64,000 nt of DNA, from contig JBFWVF010000001.1 of NCBI GenBank assembly GCA_050246875.1, positions 226,640 to 290,639 on the forward strand. Reading direction: 5' to 3'. This stretch comes from Alphaproteobacteria bacterium. GTDB taxonomy: Bacteria; Pseudomonadota; Alphaproteobacteria; UBA6615. A model generated the notes under the pieces. It saw only the letters and a list, made by a program, of their open reading frames with translations. It was not told where the DNA came from and searched no databases. This document shows positions 17,915 through 29,891 of the stretch, piece after piece (positions within the stretch are counted from its first letter, which is position 1; the number at the start of each line of letters is the position of its first letter). The position numbers and the translations under genes are program-made.

Positions 17915-19690
17915 ATGAGCGAACGAGCACTGAGCGGCGCGGAAATCCTGATGAAGGCCCTGGCGGACCAGGGCGTCGAAGTCATCTTCGGCTATCCCGG
18001 CGGCGCCGTGCTGCCGATCTACGATGCCATGTTCAAGCAGAACCGCGTCCGCCACATCCTCGTCCGCCACGAGCAGGGCGCGGTGCACATGGCCGAGGGC
18101 TATGCGCGCTCGACCGGCAAGGTCGGCGTCGTGCTGGTGACGTCCGGGCCGGGCGCGACCAACGCGGTCACCGGCCTGACCGACGCGCTGATGGACTCGA
18201 TCCCCGTCGTCTGCTTCACCGGCCAGGTGCCGACGCATCTGATCGGCAACGACGCATTCCAGGAGTGCGACACGACAGGAATCACCCGGCCCTGCACCAA
18301 GCACAACTACCTGGTGAAGGATTCGAGCCGCCTCGCCGAGATCGTCCACGAAGCATTCGCCGTGGCCCGCTCCGGCCGCCCCGGTCCCGTCGTCGTCGAC
18401 TTGCCAAAGGACATCATGTTCGCCGAGGCGCCGTACAAGGAGCCCGGCGAGGTGCAGCCGCGCGGCCTTCGCCGCGTGGCAGATGTCGATCCGGCGGCCA
18501 TCGAGGCGGCGGTCGATCTCATCGCCAACGCAAAACGCCCGATCTTCTATCTCGGCGGCGGCATCATCAATTCCGGCCCCGAGGCCTGTGCCGCGGTGAC
18601 CGAGCTGGTGAAAGCGACGAAGTATCCGGCGACCATCACCCTGATGGGCCTCGGCTGCTTCCCGGGATCGAGCCCGCAGTTCCTCGGCATGCTCGGCATG
18701 CACGGCACCTACGAAGCCAATCTCGCGATGCATGGCTGCGACGTGATGGTGGCGATCGGCGCGCGCTTCGACGATCGCGTGACGGGACGGCTCGACGCCT
18801 TCTCGCCGGGCTCGAAGAAAATTCACATCGATATCGACCCCAGCTCGATCAACAAGAACGTGCGCGTCGACATCCCGCTGGTCGGCGATGTCGGCCACGT
18901 CGCCGGCCTGCTGCTCGCCGCGTGGAAGCGGCGAAACCCGAAGATCGACGGCAAGGCGCTGGAGGCGTGGTGGGAGCAGATCGGCCGCTGGCGCGCCGTC
19001 GACTGCCTGAAGTACGACCAGGGCATGGGCGCCAAGGACGCGATCAAGCCGCAGTTCGCCATCCAGCGCCTCTACGAGGCGACGAAGGACCGCGACTGCT
19101 ACATCACGACCGAGGTCGGCCAGCACCAGATGTGGGCGGCGCAGTTCTACAAGTTCGAGCAGCCGAACCGCTGGATGACGTCGGGCGGCCTCGGCACCAT
19201 GGGCTACGGGCTGCCCTCGGCGATCGGGGTGCAGGTGGCGCACCCGGACTCGCTCGTCGTCGACATCGCCGGCGAGGCCTCGACCATGATGAACATCCAG
19301 GAACTGGGCACGATGGCCCAGTACCGCTTGCCGGTGAAGCTGTTCATCCTCAACAACGAGTGGATGGGCATGGTGCGCCAGTGGCAGGAACTGCTGCACG
19401 GCGCGCGCTATTCGGAGAGCTACTCGGCCGGCCTGCCGGATTTCGTCAAGCTGGCGGAGGCCTATGGCATGAAGGGCATGCGCGTCGACCAGCCGAAGGA
19501 TGTCGACAGCGCCATCGCGGCGATGATCGCGCATCCCGGCCCGGTGGTCTGCGACATGCGCGTGGCCAAGGAAGAGAACTGCTTCCCGATGATTCCGGGC
19601 GGCGCGCCGCACAACGAGATCCTGCTCGGCACCAACGATCCGCGCCGGCGCGAGACCTTCGAGAGCGAAGAGGGCATGGTCCTCGTTTGA
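17915..19690 (+). CDS. ilvB: Acetolactate synthase large subunit
   Basis: 591 aa ThDP enzyme (GYPGGAVLPIYDA, GLGTMGYGLPSAIG). Confidence 0.9.
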   Translation: MSERALSGAEILMKALADQGVEVIFGYPGGAVLPIYDAMFKQNRVRHILVRHEQGAVHMAEGYARSTGKVGVVLVTSGPGATNAVTGLTDALMDSIPVVCFTGQVPTHLIGNDAFQECDTTGITRPCTKHNYLVKDSSRLAEIVHEAFAVARSGRPGPVVVDLPKDIMFAEAPYKEPGEVQPRGLRRVADVDPAAIEAAVDLIANAKRPIFYLGGGIINSGPEACAAVTELVKATKYPATITLMGLGCFPGSSPQFLGMLGMHGTYEANLAMHGCDVMVAIGARFDDRVTGRLDAFSPGSKKIHIDIDPSSINKNVRVDIPLVGDVGHVAGLLLAAWKRRNPKIDGKALEAWWEQIGRWRAVDCLKYDQGMGAKDAIKPQFAIQRLYEATKDRDCYITTEVGQHQMWAAQFYKFEQPNRWMTSGGLGTMGYGLPSAIGVQVAHPDSLVVDIAGEASTMMNIQELGTMAQYRLPVKLFILNNEWMGMVRQWQELLHGARYSESYSAGLPDFVKLAEAYGMKGMRVDQPKDVDSAIAAMIAHPGPVVCDMRVAKEENCFPMIPGGAPHNEILLGTNDPRRRETFESEEGMVLV

Positions 19691-19780
19691 CGGGGGCCGC
19701 CCGCGGGCGGCCCCGCGCGGGCGGTACGCCGCCCGCGTCTATCTCTCCCTGCGCTCTCCTGCCCGTCAGGTAATCCGACA

Positions 19781-21458
<1,678 letters not shown>

Positions 21459-21540
21459 GCGACGGAGCCGGCGCGAACGGCCTCATCCATCGACGGATGA
21501 GGCTGCTTCTCCGTCCGGCTTCACGAGGCATGCAACGCCG

Positions 21541-21579
21541 CGCCTCCTCGTCCTGAGCCTGTCGAGGGACGGGGAGGCG
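21541..21579. repeat. REP-like nested inverted repeat, family copy A
   Basis: CGCCTCC-TCGTCC-tgagcctgtcgag-GGACGG-GGAGGCG. The shared core cctgagcctgtcga is also found at copies B, C and D. Confidence 0.7.
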
Positions 21580-21601
21580 AGCGCGAACAATCCCCCCTGG
21601 G

Positions 21602-23440
21602 CTATGCCGCGCGCGTCCGCGGGCCGTAGAGCGCCTCCAGCCGGGCGCCGTAGATTTCGCGGATCTTGTGGCGGCGGATCTTTAGCGACGGAGTCATCAT
21701 CGCGTTGTCGATGGTGAATGGTTCCGACGCGATGATGAAGCGACGGACCTGCTCGGTCGCCTGCAGGCGCGCGTTGGCGCGCTCGACCGCGAGGCGGATC
21801 GCCTCGTGGAAGTCGTGCAGGTCGGCGATGGCGGCGAGGCCACCGCTGCGGCCGTTGGCGGCCGACCACTGCGCCACGAAATCCTGGTCCGGCACGATCA
21901 CGGCGACCAGATGCGGCTTCCGGTCGCCGACGACCATTGCCTGGGAGACTTCCGGCTCGAACGCCAGCGCACCCTCGACCCGCTGGGGCGACAGCGTGTC
22001 GCCGCCCGACAGCACGATGATGTCCTTCTTGCGATCGGTGATGCGGATGTAGCCGTCCGGATCGACCACGCCGATGTCGCCGGTATGCACCCAGCCGTCG
22101 CGCAGGGCCTCGGCCGACTGCTCGGGCTGGCGCCAGTAGCCCTGCATCGTCAGTTCTCCGGCGATGAGGATTTCGCCGTCCTCGGCGATCTTCACCTCGA
22201 CGCCGCGGAAAGCCGGGCCGACGGTGTCGATGCGGATGCGCATCGGCGGGTTGGCGCTGACGACCGGCGCCGTCTCGGTCTGGCCGTAGCCCTGCAGCAG
22301 ACGCACGCCCAGGGCGAGGAAGAAGACGCCGATGTCGTAGTTGAGCGGCGCGCCGCCCGACACGAAGGCGTTCAGGCGGCCGCCAAAGCGCTGCGCGACC
22401 TTGCGGCGCACCAGCCTGTCGAGCAGCCAGTCCTCGACGCGCTCGATCAGTGTCAACGCCGCCGCGCCCTGTTCGTAGCGCTTGCGGCCGAGAGCCACGG
22501 CACGATGGAACAGCGTCGCCGACAGTCCGCCCTTGCGCTCGACGCCGGCGAGGATGCGCTGGTGCATCATCTCGTAGAGGCGCGGCACGGCCGTCATGAT
22601 CGTCGGCCGCGCCTCCTCCATGTTGGCAACGAGGCGATCGATCGATTCCGCATACCAGATCTCGGCACCGATGGTGATCGGGAAGTAGAGGCCGGCGGTG
22701 TGCTCGTAGGAATGCGACAGCGGCAGGAACGACAGGAACGTCTCGCGGTCGAGCGTCAGCAGCCCGGACTCGTCGAACAGATAGTAGGCGCCCCAGCAAT
22801 TGCACAGGATGGCGCCGTGCGAGAGCATGACGCCCTTCGGCCGCCCGCCGGTTCCAGAGGTATAGATGAGACAGGCCGTGTCGTTGCGCGCGATGCGCGC
22901 GACAGCCTCGCCGAGGTCGTCCGGCATCTCGCGGCCGCGGGCGACGACCTCGTCCCAACCGTGAACCGTGAGGTTGCCGACCTGGCCATGCGGCGCCTCC
23001 AGCGCCACGATGGCGCGCACGGCCTTGACCTGCTGCGCCGCCGGGAGCAGCCGCTCCGCGAGGCGCGCGGACGAGACGATGGCGACTTCGGCGCCACTGT
23101 CCTCGAGGATGTGGACATGGTCGTCGACAGTATTGGTCGTGTAGGCGGGAACCGTCAGCGCGCCGGCGGCCATGATGGCGAGGTCGGCGATACCCCATTC
23201 CGGGCGGTTCTCGGAGACCAGTACGACGCGGTCGCCGGGCGCGACCCCGAGGGCGCGAAGACCGCGCGACAGAGCGCCGACCTGGTCGCGCGCCTGGTTC
23301 CACGAGATGGCCTGCCAGGCGCCATAGCGCCTGGCCCGGAACAGCGGCTTGTCGCCCAGCTGCGCGGCCTTGTCGAGGAACGCCGCCGGCAGGCTCTTCC
23401 AGCCGCCCTTCGCCTCGACGTAGCGGTCACCGTAATCCAT
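21602..23440 (-). CDS. Long-chain-fatty-acid--CoA ligase (AMP-dependent synthetase)
   Basis: 612 aa with TSGTGGRPKGV, GYGQTE and PSLKIRR motifs. Confidence 0.85.
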   Translation of the reverse strand: MDYGDRYVEAKGGWKSLPAAFLDKAAQLGDKPLFRARRYGAWQAISWNQARDQVGALSRGLRALGVAPGDRVVLVSENRPEWGIADLAIMAAGALTVPAYTTNTVDDHVHILEDSGAEVAIVSSARLAERLLPAAQQVKAVRAIVALEAPHGQVGNLTVHGWDEVVARGREMPDDLGEAVARIARNDTACLIYTSGTGGRPKGVMLSHGAILCNCWGAYYLFDESGLLTLDRETFLSFLPLSHSYEHTAGLYFPITIGAEIWYAESIDRLVANMEEARPTIMTAVPRLYEMMHQRILAGVERKGGLSATLFHRAVALGRKRYEQGAAALTLIERVEDWLLDRLVRRKVAQRFGGRLNAFVSGGAPLNYDIGVFFLALGVRLLQGYGQTETAPVVSANPPMRIRIDTVGPAFRGVEVKIAEDGEILIAGELTMQGYWRQPEQSAEALRDGWVHTGDIGVVDPDGYIRITDRKKDIIVLSGGDTLSPQRVEGALAFEPEVSQAMVVGDRKPHLVAVIVPDQDFVAQWSAANGRSGGLAAIADLHDFHEAIRLAVERANARLQATEQVRRFIIASEPFTIDNAMMTPSLKIRRHKIREIYGARLEALYGPRTRAA

Positions 23441-23538
23441 CGACCGAAGGGCCTCCCTGCCGCAATGGCGCCTTTACCGGCGCTTGTTGCCACCCCAAAT
23501 GGAGCGTATCTCGACTGCGCTGGCAAGGAGACCACCGG

Positions 23539-25344
23539 ATGCCCGATGCTGCCGCCCCGGCCGCCGATCTCGGCAAACTGCCGCGCTGGAACCTCGACGA
23601 CCTGTTTCCCGGGCCGGACTCGCCCGAGCTGGAACGGGCGCTGGAGGAGGCTGGCCGGCGCACGCGGGCCTTCGCCGGCGCCCACCGTGGCCACGTCGCC
23701 GCGCTCGACGGTGCCGGCCTCGGCGCGGCCATCGCCGAGTACGAGGCCATCGACGAACTGATCGGCCGCATCATCAGCTACGCCTCGCTGCGCCACGCCG
23801 CCGACCTCGCCGACCCCGGCGTCGGCCGCTTCTGGCAGTCGATCCAGGAACGGGTGACGACGATCTCGTCCGATCTCGTGTTCTTCTCGCTCGAACTCAA
23901 CGGGATCGACGAGGCGGCGATGGAGGCCCTGCTGGCCGATCCCGCCGCCGCGCGCTGGCGGCCGTGGCTGCGCGACGTGCGCGCCTGGCGGCCCCACCAG
24001 CTCTCCGACGAGCTGGAGCGGTTCCAGCACGAAAAGCACGTCGCCGGCCGCGCCGCCTGGGAGCGCCTGTTCGACGAGACGATGGCGTCGCTGCGCTTCA
24101 CCGTCGAGGTCGGTGGCCAGACGCGCGAACTACCGATCGCGGCGACGCTCGACATGCTCTCGGATCCCGACGGCGCGACGCGCGAACGGGCTGGCCGGGC
24201 GCTGGCCAAAGGGCTGGGCAGCAATCTGCGCCTCTTCGCCCACATCACCAACACGCTGGCCAAGGACAAGGCGATCGACGACGGCTGGCGGCATTTCGCC
24301 CGGCCCGTCTCGGCCCGCAACCTGTCGAACAGCGTCGAGGACGGTGTCGTTGACGCGCTGGTCGAGGCCGTGCGCGGGGCCTATCCCCGGCTGTCGCATC
24401 GCTACTACCGCCTGAAGGCGAAGTGGCTCGGCGACGAAAAGCTGAAATGGTGGGATCGCAACGCCCCCTTGCCGCAGGTGGCCGAGCGACGTCTCGCCTG
24501 GGACGACGCGCGCACGCTGGTCCTCGACGCCTATCGCGGCTTCGCGCCGCCGATGGCCGATGCCGCGGCGCGCTTCTTCGACGGCAACTGGATCGACGCC
24601 GAGGTACGGGCCGGCAAGTCGCCCGGCGCCTTCTCGCACCCGACCGTGCCGTCCGTTCACCCCTACGTCCTGCTCAACTACCAGGGCCGGCCGCGCGACG
24701 TCATGACCCTCGCCCACGAACTGGGCCACGGCGTGCATCAGGTGATGGCCGCCGGCCAGGGCCATCTGCTGTCGCAGACACCGCTGACGCTCGCCGAGAC
24801 CGCGTCCGTGTTCGGCGAGATGCTGGCGTTTCGCCGCCTGCTGTCGACGGCCAAGGACAAGGCCGAGCGCCGCTCCATGCTCGCCGGCAAGGTGGAGGAC
24901 ATGCTCAACACGGTCGTGCGGCAGATCGCCTTCTTCGAGTTCGAGCAGCGCCTGCACGACCGCCGCCGCGAGGGCGAACTGCTGGCCGAGGAGATCTGCA
25001 CGCTCTGGCTCGAAGTTCAGCACGAGAGCCTCGGTCCGTCCTTTGCCTTCGACAACGACTACCGTGTGTTCTGGACCTACATCCCGCACTTCATCCACTC
25101 GCCCTTCTACGTCTATGCCTATGCCTTCGGCGACTGCCTCGTGAACGCGTTGTGGATGCAGTACGAGGACCAGCCGCAGGGCTTCGCCGACAAGTACCTC
25201 GCCATGCTCGCCGCCGGCGGCAAGTTCCGTCACAAGGAGTTGCTGGCGCCCTTCGGCCTCGACGCCACGGACCCGAAATTCTGGGAACGCGGTCTCGCCG
25301 TGCCCGCCCGCATGATCGACGAACTCGAAGCGATGGAAGACTGA
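23539..25344 (+). CDS. M3-family oligoendopeptidase (PepF-like)
   Basis: 601 aa with HELGHGVHQ HExxH zinc motif. Confidence 0.8.
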   Translation: MPDAAAPAADLGKLPRWNLDDLFPGPDSPELERALEEAGRRTRAFAGAHRGHVAALDGAGLGAAIAEYEAIDELIGRIISYASLRHAADLADPGVGRFWQSIQERVTTISSDLVFFSLELNGIDEAAMEALLADPAAARWRPWLRDVRAWRPHQLSDELERFQHEKHVAGRAAWERLFDETMASLRFTVEVGGQTRELPIAATLDMLSDPDGATRERAGRALAKGLGSNLRLFAHITNTLAKDKAIDDGWRHFARPVSARNLSNSVEDGVVDALVEAVRGAYPRLSHRYYRLKAKWLGDEKLKWWDRNAPLPQVAERRLAWDDARTLVLDAYRGFAPPMADAAARFFDGNWIDAEVRAGKSPGAFSHPTVPSVHPYVLLNYQGRPRDVMTLAHELGHGVHQVMAAGQGHLLSQTPLTLAETASVFGEMLAFRRLLSTAKDKAERRSMLAGKVEDMLNTVVRQIAFFEFEQRLHDRRREGELLAEEICTLWLEVQHESLGPSFAFDNDYRVFWTYIPHFIHSPFYVYAYAFGDCLVNALWMQYEDQPQGFADKYLAMLAAGGKFRHKELLAPFGLDATDPKFWERGLAVPARMIDELEAMED

Positions 25345-25364
25345 GCCCCGGCACGGCGACCTTC

Positions 25365-26750
25365 ATGACCGACAGCAAGGACAAGCGGCGCAAGGACGCC
25401 GAGCGGGCGACGCTGGGTGGCGAACTCATGCGCTATGGCCGTGTTGCCGGCGCCGTCGGCAGCACGGCCGCACGCGTCGCCGGCCGACGCGCCTTCGGCC
25501 GCGGCGGCGACGCGGCGGCGCAGGAGGCGGCGGAACTGAAGGCGGCCCTCGGCGGCCTCAAGGGACCGCTGATGAAGGCGGCGCAGATGCTCGCCACCAT
25601 CCCCGATGCCCTGCCCGAGCCGCTGGCGAGCGAGCTGCGCGAACTGCAGGCCAACGCCCCGCCGATGGGCTGGCCCTTCGTGCGCCGCCGCATGGCCGCC
25701 GAACTGGGGCCGGACTGGGAGAAGCGCTTCGTGCGCTTCGAGCGGGAGGCGGCGCGGGCGGCCTCGCTCGGCCAGGTCCATCGCGCCACAGCAAAGGTCG
25801 ACGGAAGGGAGGCGCTGCTGGCCTGCAAGCTGCAGTACCCCGACATGGCTTCCGCCGTCGCCGCCGACCTCAAGCAGCTTCGTCTCATCTTCGCCGTCTG
25901 GGACCGCTGGCAGCGCGCCGTCGATACGGCCGAAATCCAGGCCGAGATCGGCGAACGCCTGACCGAGGAACTCGACTACGAACTGGAGGCCCGACACACC
26001 GCGCTATGGGCCGACATCCTGAAGGGCGAGAAGGGTGTGGCCGTGCCGACCGTGGTGCCGGCCCTGTCGACGCGGCGGCTGCTGACGACGACGTGGCTCG
26101 AGGGCGAACCCATCGTCGACTTCGTTTCGCGCGGCCAAGCCGACCGCGACCGCATCGCCCACAGCATGTTCCGTGCCTGGTACGTGCCGTTCTACGGCTA
26201 CGGCGTGATCCATGGCGACCCGCATCTCGGCAACTATTCCGTCGGCGACAGCGGCCGCCGCCTCAACCTCTACGACTTCGGCTGCGTCCGTATCTTCCCG
26301 CCCTCCTTCGTCGGCGGCGTCATCGATCTCTACAACGCGCTGCGGACCGACGACCGTGCGCTGGCGGTCCATGCCTACGAGACCTGGGGCTTCAAGAACC
26401 TGTCGAAGGAGCTGGTCGACGTGCTCAACGTCTGGGCGCGATTCCTCTATTCGCCACTGATGGAGGACAAGGTCCAGCGCATCCAGGAGTCTGACTCCGG
26501 CCTCTACGGAGCGCAGGTGGCCAAGCAGGTCCACGTGGCGCTGCGCGGCCAGGGCGGCGTCAAGCCGCCGCGCGAGTTCGTGCTGATGGACCGCGCCGCC
26601 GTCGGCCTCGGCTCGGTCTTCCTGCGCCTGCGGGCGGAGGTCAACTGGCACAAGCTGTTCCACGAGCTGATTGCCGATTTCGACGTGAAGGTTCTGGCGA
26701 AGCGCCAGAAAGCGGCCCTCGACCGGCACGGCCTCGATCCCCAGTCCTGA
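25365..26750 (+). CDS. ABC1/UbiB-family atypical protein kinase
   Basis: ATG 25365 (MTDSKDKRRKD). AarF/ABC1 kinase motifs (GQVHRA, HGDPHLGN, DFG). Confidence 0.8.
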   Translation: MTDSKDKRRKDAERATLGGELMRYGRVAGAVGSTAARVAGRRAFGRGGDAAAQEAAELKAALGGLKGPLMKAAQMLATIPDALPEPLASELRELQANAPPMGWPFVRRRMAAELGPDWEKRFVRFEREAARAASLGQVHRATAKVDGREALLACKLQYPDMASAVAADLKQLRLIFAVWDRWQRAVDTAEIQAEIGERLTEELDYELEARHTALWADILKGEKGVAVPTVVPALSTRRLLTTTWLEGEPIVDFVSRGQADRDRIAHSMFRAWYVPFYGYGVIHGDPHLGNYSVGDSGRRLNLYDFGCVRIFPPSFVGGVIDLYNALRTDDRALAVHAYETWGFKNLSKELVDVLNVWARFLYSPLMEDKVQRIQESDSGLYGAQVAKQVHVALRGQGGVKPPREFVLMDRAAVGLGSVFLRLRAEVNWHKLFHELIADFDVKVLAKRQKAALDRHGLDPQS

Positions 26751-26829
26751 CGGACGAATTGCGCTCAATCAAGGCGGGGCAGCATTCCCACGGCGATGCT
26801 GATGCGGCAATTCGTGGAGGAAGCGCGCC

Positions 26830-27312
26830 ATGCCGGTCGAACACATCCAGCACATCCTGCTTCACACCGACGACGTCGAAGGCGTCGCCGACTGGTTCGA
26901 GACCAACCTCGGGCTCGTACGCGGTGACCATCCGAACTTCCACGTGCCTGTCGTATGGCTCTACGCCCGTGGCGTGCCGGTTATTCATATCGGCCAGGTA
27001 CCGCGCGAGGGAGAGTCAAAGCGCTTCCAGGACAACTACCTTGGCGGCCGCAAGAGCACGGCCCTCTCCGGCTCCGGCGTGATCGACCATGTCGCCTTCC
27101 ACTGCACCGGCCTGCGCGAGATTCTCGGTCGTCTCGACCGCGGCAGGGTGCGCTACCTCAAGCGCCAGGCCGGCGCGGACGAGGGCCTGTTTCAGCTTTT
27201 CTGCGACGGCCCCTGCGGCATGCGCGTCGAACTGAACTTCGACGCCGCCGAGGCAAAGGCAGCGGGCATCAAGCCGGACCTGACCGCCCGTGAGGCAGTG
27301 GCGGTGGCGTAG
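26830..27312 (+). CDS. VOC/glyoxalase-family protein, paralog 1
   Basis: 160 aa, about 60% identical to the next gene. Confidence 0.75.
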   Translation: MPVEHIQHILLHTDDVEGVADWFETNLGLVRGDHPNFHVPVVWLYARGVPVIHIGQVPREGESKRFQDNYLGGRKSTALSGSGVIDHVAFHCTGLREILGRLDRGRVRYLKRQAGADEGLFQLFCDGPCGMRVELNFDAAEAKAAGIKPDLTAREAVAVA

Positions 27313-27605
27313 GCGGCGATCTTTCGCCGTTGCCGGCACTTCGGCCCACCTCGCGCGACCCTGCCTCGTGTCGCTGACCCGCCGGTGGCGGCATCAGGCC
27401 CGGGCCGTCCTTTCTGTGCCCGGCGACCGCACACTGGCCGGTATCGGCTTTCGTCGTCGGGACCTGCACGACTGGTGTCTGCATCGGTACGGACGGGACG
27501 GACGTGGCCTGCCCGGCGGCTCGCGTGGCTGGGTGTAGGGCCCGCGTTCCGGTTCCGCCGGCCGACGGTCGCGCGCTATACTGGCGGCCTCAAGGGAGAG
27601 CCGCC

Positions 27606-28112
27606 ATGCCGCTGCAGCATATGGAACACCTCGCCATGCTGGTCGAGGACATCGACGCCACGTGCGACTGGTTCTGCGACAACCTCGGCATGCGGCGCGG
27701 CTACACGCCCAATTTTCGCATTCCGGTGCAGTGGCTTTACATCGGCGACGAGGATGTCCTGCACATCGCCGAGACGCCGCGCGACGGCGCCAACAAGCGC
27801 TTCCAGGAGAACTATCTCGGCGGTCGCCTCAAGGATTCCGATGCCGTTTCCGGCACCGGGATCATCGACCACGTCGCCTTCCGCTGCACAGGGCTTGTCG
27901 ACATGATCGGCCGGCTGGAGGCCAAGGGGGTCGACTTCGTCAAGCGGCAGGCCAACGCCGGCGACCTCTACCAGCTCTTCATCAAGGGCCCCAACGGCAT
28001 GCGCGTCGAGCTGAACTTCGACGCTGCCGAAGCCGTCGCCGCGGGCATCCGGCCAGACATGGATGCTGCCACCGCCGTGGCCACGAAGGCGCCCGCGCCG
28101 GCGGGCGAGTGA
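27606..28112 (+). CDS. VOC/glyoxalase-family protein, paralog 2
   Basis: ATG 27606 (MPLQHMEHL) after AAGGGAGAG. Tandem paralog of 26830-27312. Confidence 0.75.
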   Translation: MPLQHMEHLAMLVEDIDATCDWFCDNLGMRRGYTPNFRIPVQWLYIGDEDVLHIAETPRDGANKRFQENYLGGRLKDSDAVSGTGIIDHVAFRCTGLVDMIGRLEAKGVDFVKRQANAGDLYQLFIKGPNGMRVELNFDAAEAVAAGIRPDMDAATAVATKAPAPAGE

Positions 28113-28263
28113 CACCCGGCCGTCCAGTCGGCAAATCGTCGCATGAACCACCCCGAGCCTTGTCCGGCGCGGTCGCGCGGGGCATAGTCCCGGCGCCCGG
28201 CCCGGCCGGACGCGGGGGCCGCACGACATATCGACGATCGCCGTCCGGGGGGTCGGTTCCAGC

Positions 28264-29469
28264 ATGAAAATCGCAGTTCCCAAGGAACGGCGGCCGCGCG
28301 AGGCCCGTGTCGCGGCGACGCCGGACACCGTGAAGCGCTACATCGCGCTCGGCGCGTCCGTCGCCGTCGAAAGCGGCGCCGGCGCGGGTGCCAATATCCC
28401 CGACAAGGCTTACAGCGAGGCCGGCGCCACCGTCGGCGACCGCGCCGCGACGCTGGCCGGCGCCGGGATCGTCCTCAAGGTGCAGCGGCCGCGGACGCGC
28501 ACCGACGGCGGCGCCGACGGGCTTGCCGACTATCCGGACGGCGCCATCCTTATCGCGCTTCACAACCCCTACGGCGATCCGGTTGGGGTCGATGATTATG
28601 CGCGGAAGGGGCTCATTGCGTTTGCCATGGAGTTCATGCCGCGCATCAGTCGTGCTCAATCCATGGACGTGCTGTCGTCACAGTCCAACCTTGCCGGCTA
28701 CAAGGCGGTGATCGACGCCGCCGAGACCTATGGCCGCTGCCTGCCAATGATGATGACGGCGGCCGGCCGCGTGAACCCGGCCCGCGTCTTCGTCATGGGC
28801 GCCGGCGTCGCCGGGCTGCAGGCCATCGCCACCGCCAAGCGCCTCGGCGCCATCGTCTCGGCGACCGACGTGCGGCCGGCGGTGAAGGAGCAGGTCCAGA
28901 GCCTCGGCGCCACCTTCGTCATGGTCGAGTCCGAGGAGACCAAGGCGGCCGAGACCTCCGGCGGCTACGCGAAGGAAATGTCCGAGGACTACCGCCGCCG
29001 GCAGGCCGAGCTGGTGGCCGGCCACGTCAAGACCCAGGACATCGTCATCACCACCGCCCTGATCCCCGGCCGCAAGGCGCCGATCCTGATCACCGCGGAG
29101 ATGGTCGCCTCGATGAAGCCGGGCTCGGTGATCGTCGACCTCGCCGTCGAGCAGGGCGGCAACGTCGCCGGCGCGAAGCCCGACGAGACCGTCGTCGTCG
29201 GCGGCGTCAGCATCATCGGCCACACCAACATGCCGTCGCGGCTCGCCGCCGACGCCTCGGCGCTCTATGCGCGCAACGTCTACAACTTCGTCGAGCTGCT
29301 GATCGACCGCAAGACGCAGCAGCTCGCCATCGACTGGAACGACGAGATCGTCGCCGGCACCTGCCTGACGCGCGACGGCAAGGTCGTCCACACCGCCGTC
29401 GCCAAGGCCGTCGAGGAAGCCGGCGTCGGCGGCGCACCGGCCACCGCGCCGACTTCGGGAGCGGAATAG
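28264..29469 (+). CDS. pntAA: NAD(P) transhydrogenase subunit alpha part 1 (dI)
   Basis: [17 protein letters not shown]... Ala-DH/PNT NAD-binding domain. Confidence 0.9.
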   Translation: MKIAVPKERRPREARVAATPDTVKRYIALGASVAVESGAGAGANIPDKAYSEAGATVGDRAATLAGAGIVLKVQRPRTRTDGGADGLADYPDGAILIALHNPYGDPVGVDDYARKGLIAFAMEFMPRISRAQSMDVLSSQSNLAGYKAVIDAAETYGRCLPMMMTAAGRVNPARVFVMGAGVAGLQAIATAKRLGAIVSATDVRPAVKEQVQSLGATFVMVESEETKAAETSGGYAKEMSEDYRRRQAELVAGHVKTQDIVITTALIPGRKAPILITAEMVASMKPGSVIVDLAVEQGGNVAGAKPDETVVVGGVSIIGHTNMPSRLAADASALYARNVYNFVELLIDRKTQQLAIDWNDEIVAGTCLTRDGKVVHTAVAKAVEEAGVGGAPATAPTSGAE

Positions 29470-29474
29470 AGGTC

Positions 29475-29879
29475 ATGGATCCCACGCGCTTCGCCGACAA
29501 GGCCGCGACACTCGCCACCCACGCCCAGCAGCTCGCCACCGAGGCCGCCGGCCTCGCCGGCGAGGCGACGCGGCTCGCCGCCGTGCAGGCCGGCGGCGGC
29601 GACCCCTTCGTCTTCCTGTTCACGGTGTTCGTGCTGGCAGTGTTCGTCGGCTACTACGTGATCTGGAGCGTGACGCCGGCGCTGCACTCGCCGCTGATGA
29701 GCGTCACCAACGCCATCTCCTCGGTCATCGTCGTCGGCGCCCTCATCGCCGCCGGCCCGACCGACTGGTCGCTCGCCAAGGCCTTCGGCTTCGTCGCCGT
29801 GGTGCTTGCCTCGGTCAACATCTTCGGCGGTTTCATCGTCACGCAGCGCATGCTGTCGATGTTCCGGCGCAAGCGCTAG
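29475..29879 (+). CDS. pntAB: NAD(P) transhydrogenase subunit alpha part 2 (membrane)
   Basis: 134 aa, 3 TM helices, starting 6 nt after pntAA. Confidence 0.85.
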   Translation: MDPTRFADKAATLATHAQQLATEAAGLAGEATRLAAVQAGGGDPFVFLFTVFVLAVFVGYYVIWSVTPALHSPLMSVTNAISSVIVVGALIAAGPTDWSLAKAFGFVAVVLASVNIFGGFIVTQRMLSMFRRKR

Positions 29880-29891
29880 GACGCCGCCCCG

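Noticed and set aside
24423-25364. N-terminal extension of ORF 24423..26750 (775 aa)
   Set aside because: It runs through the M3 peptidase gene in another frame. The real ABC1 kinase starts at ATG 25365.
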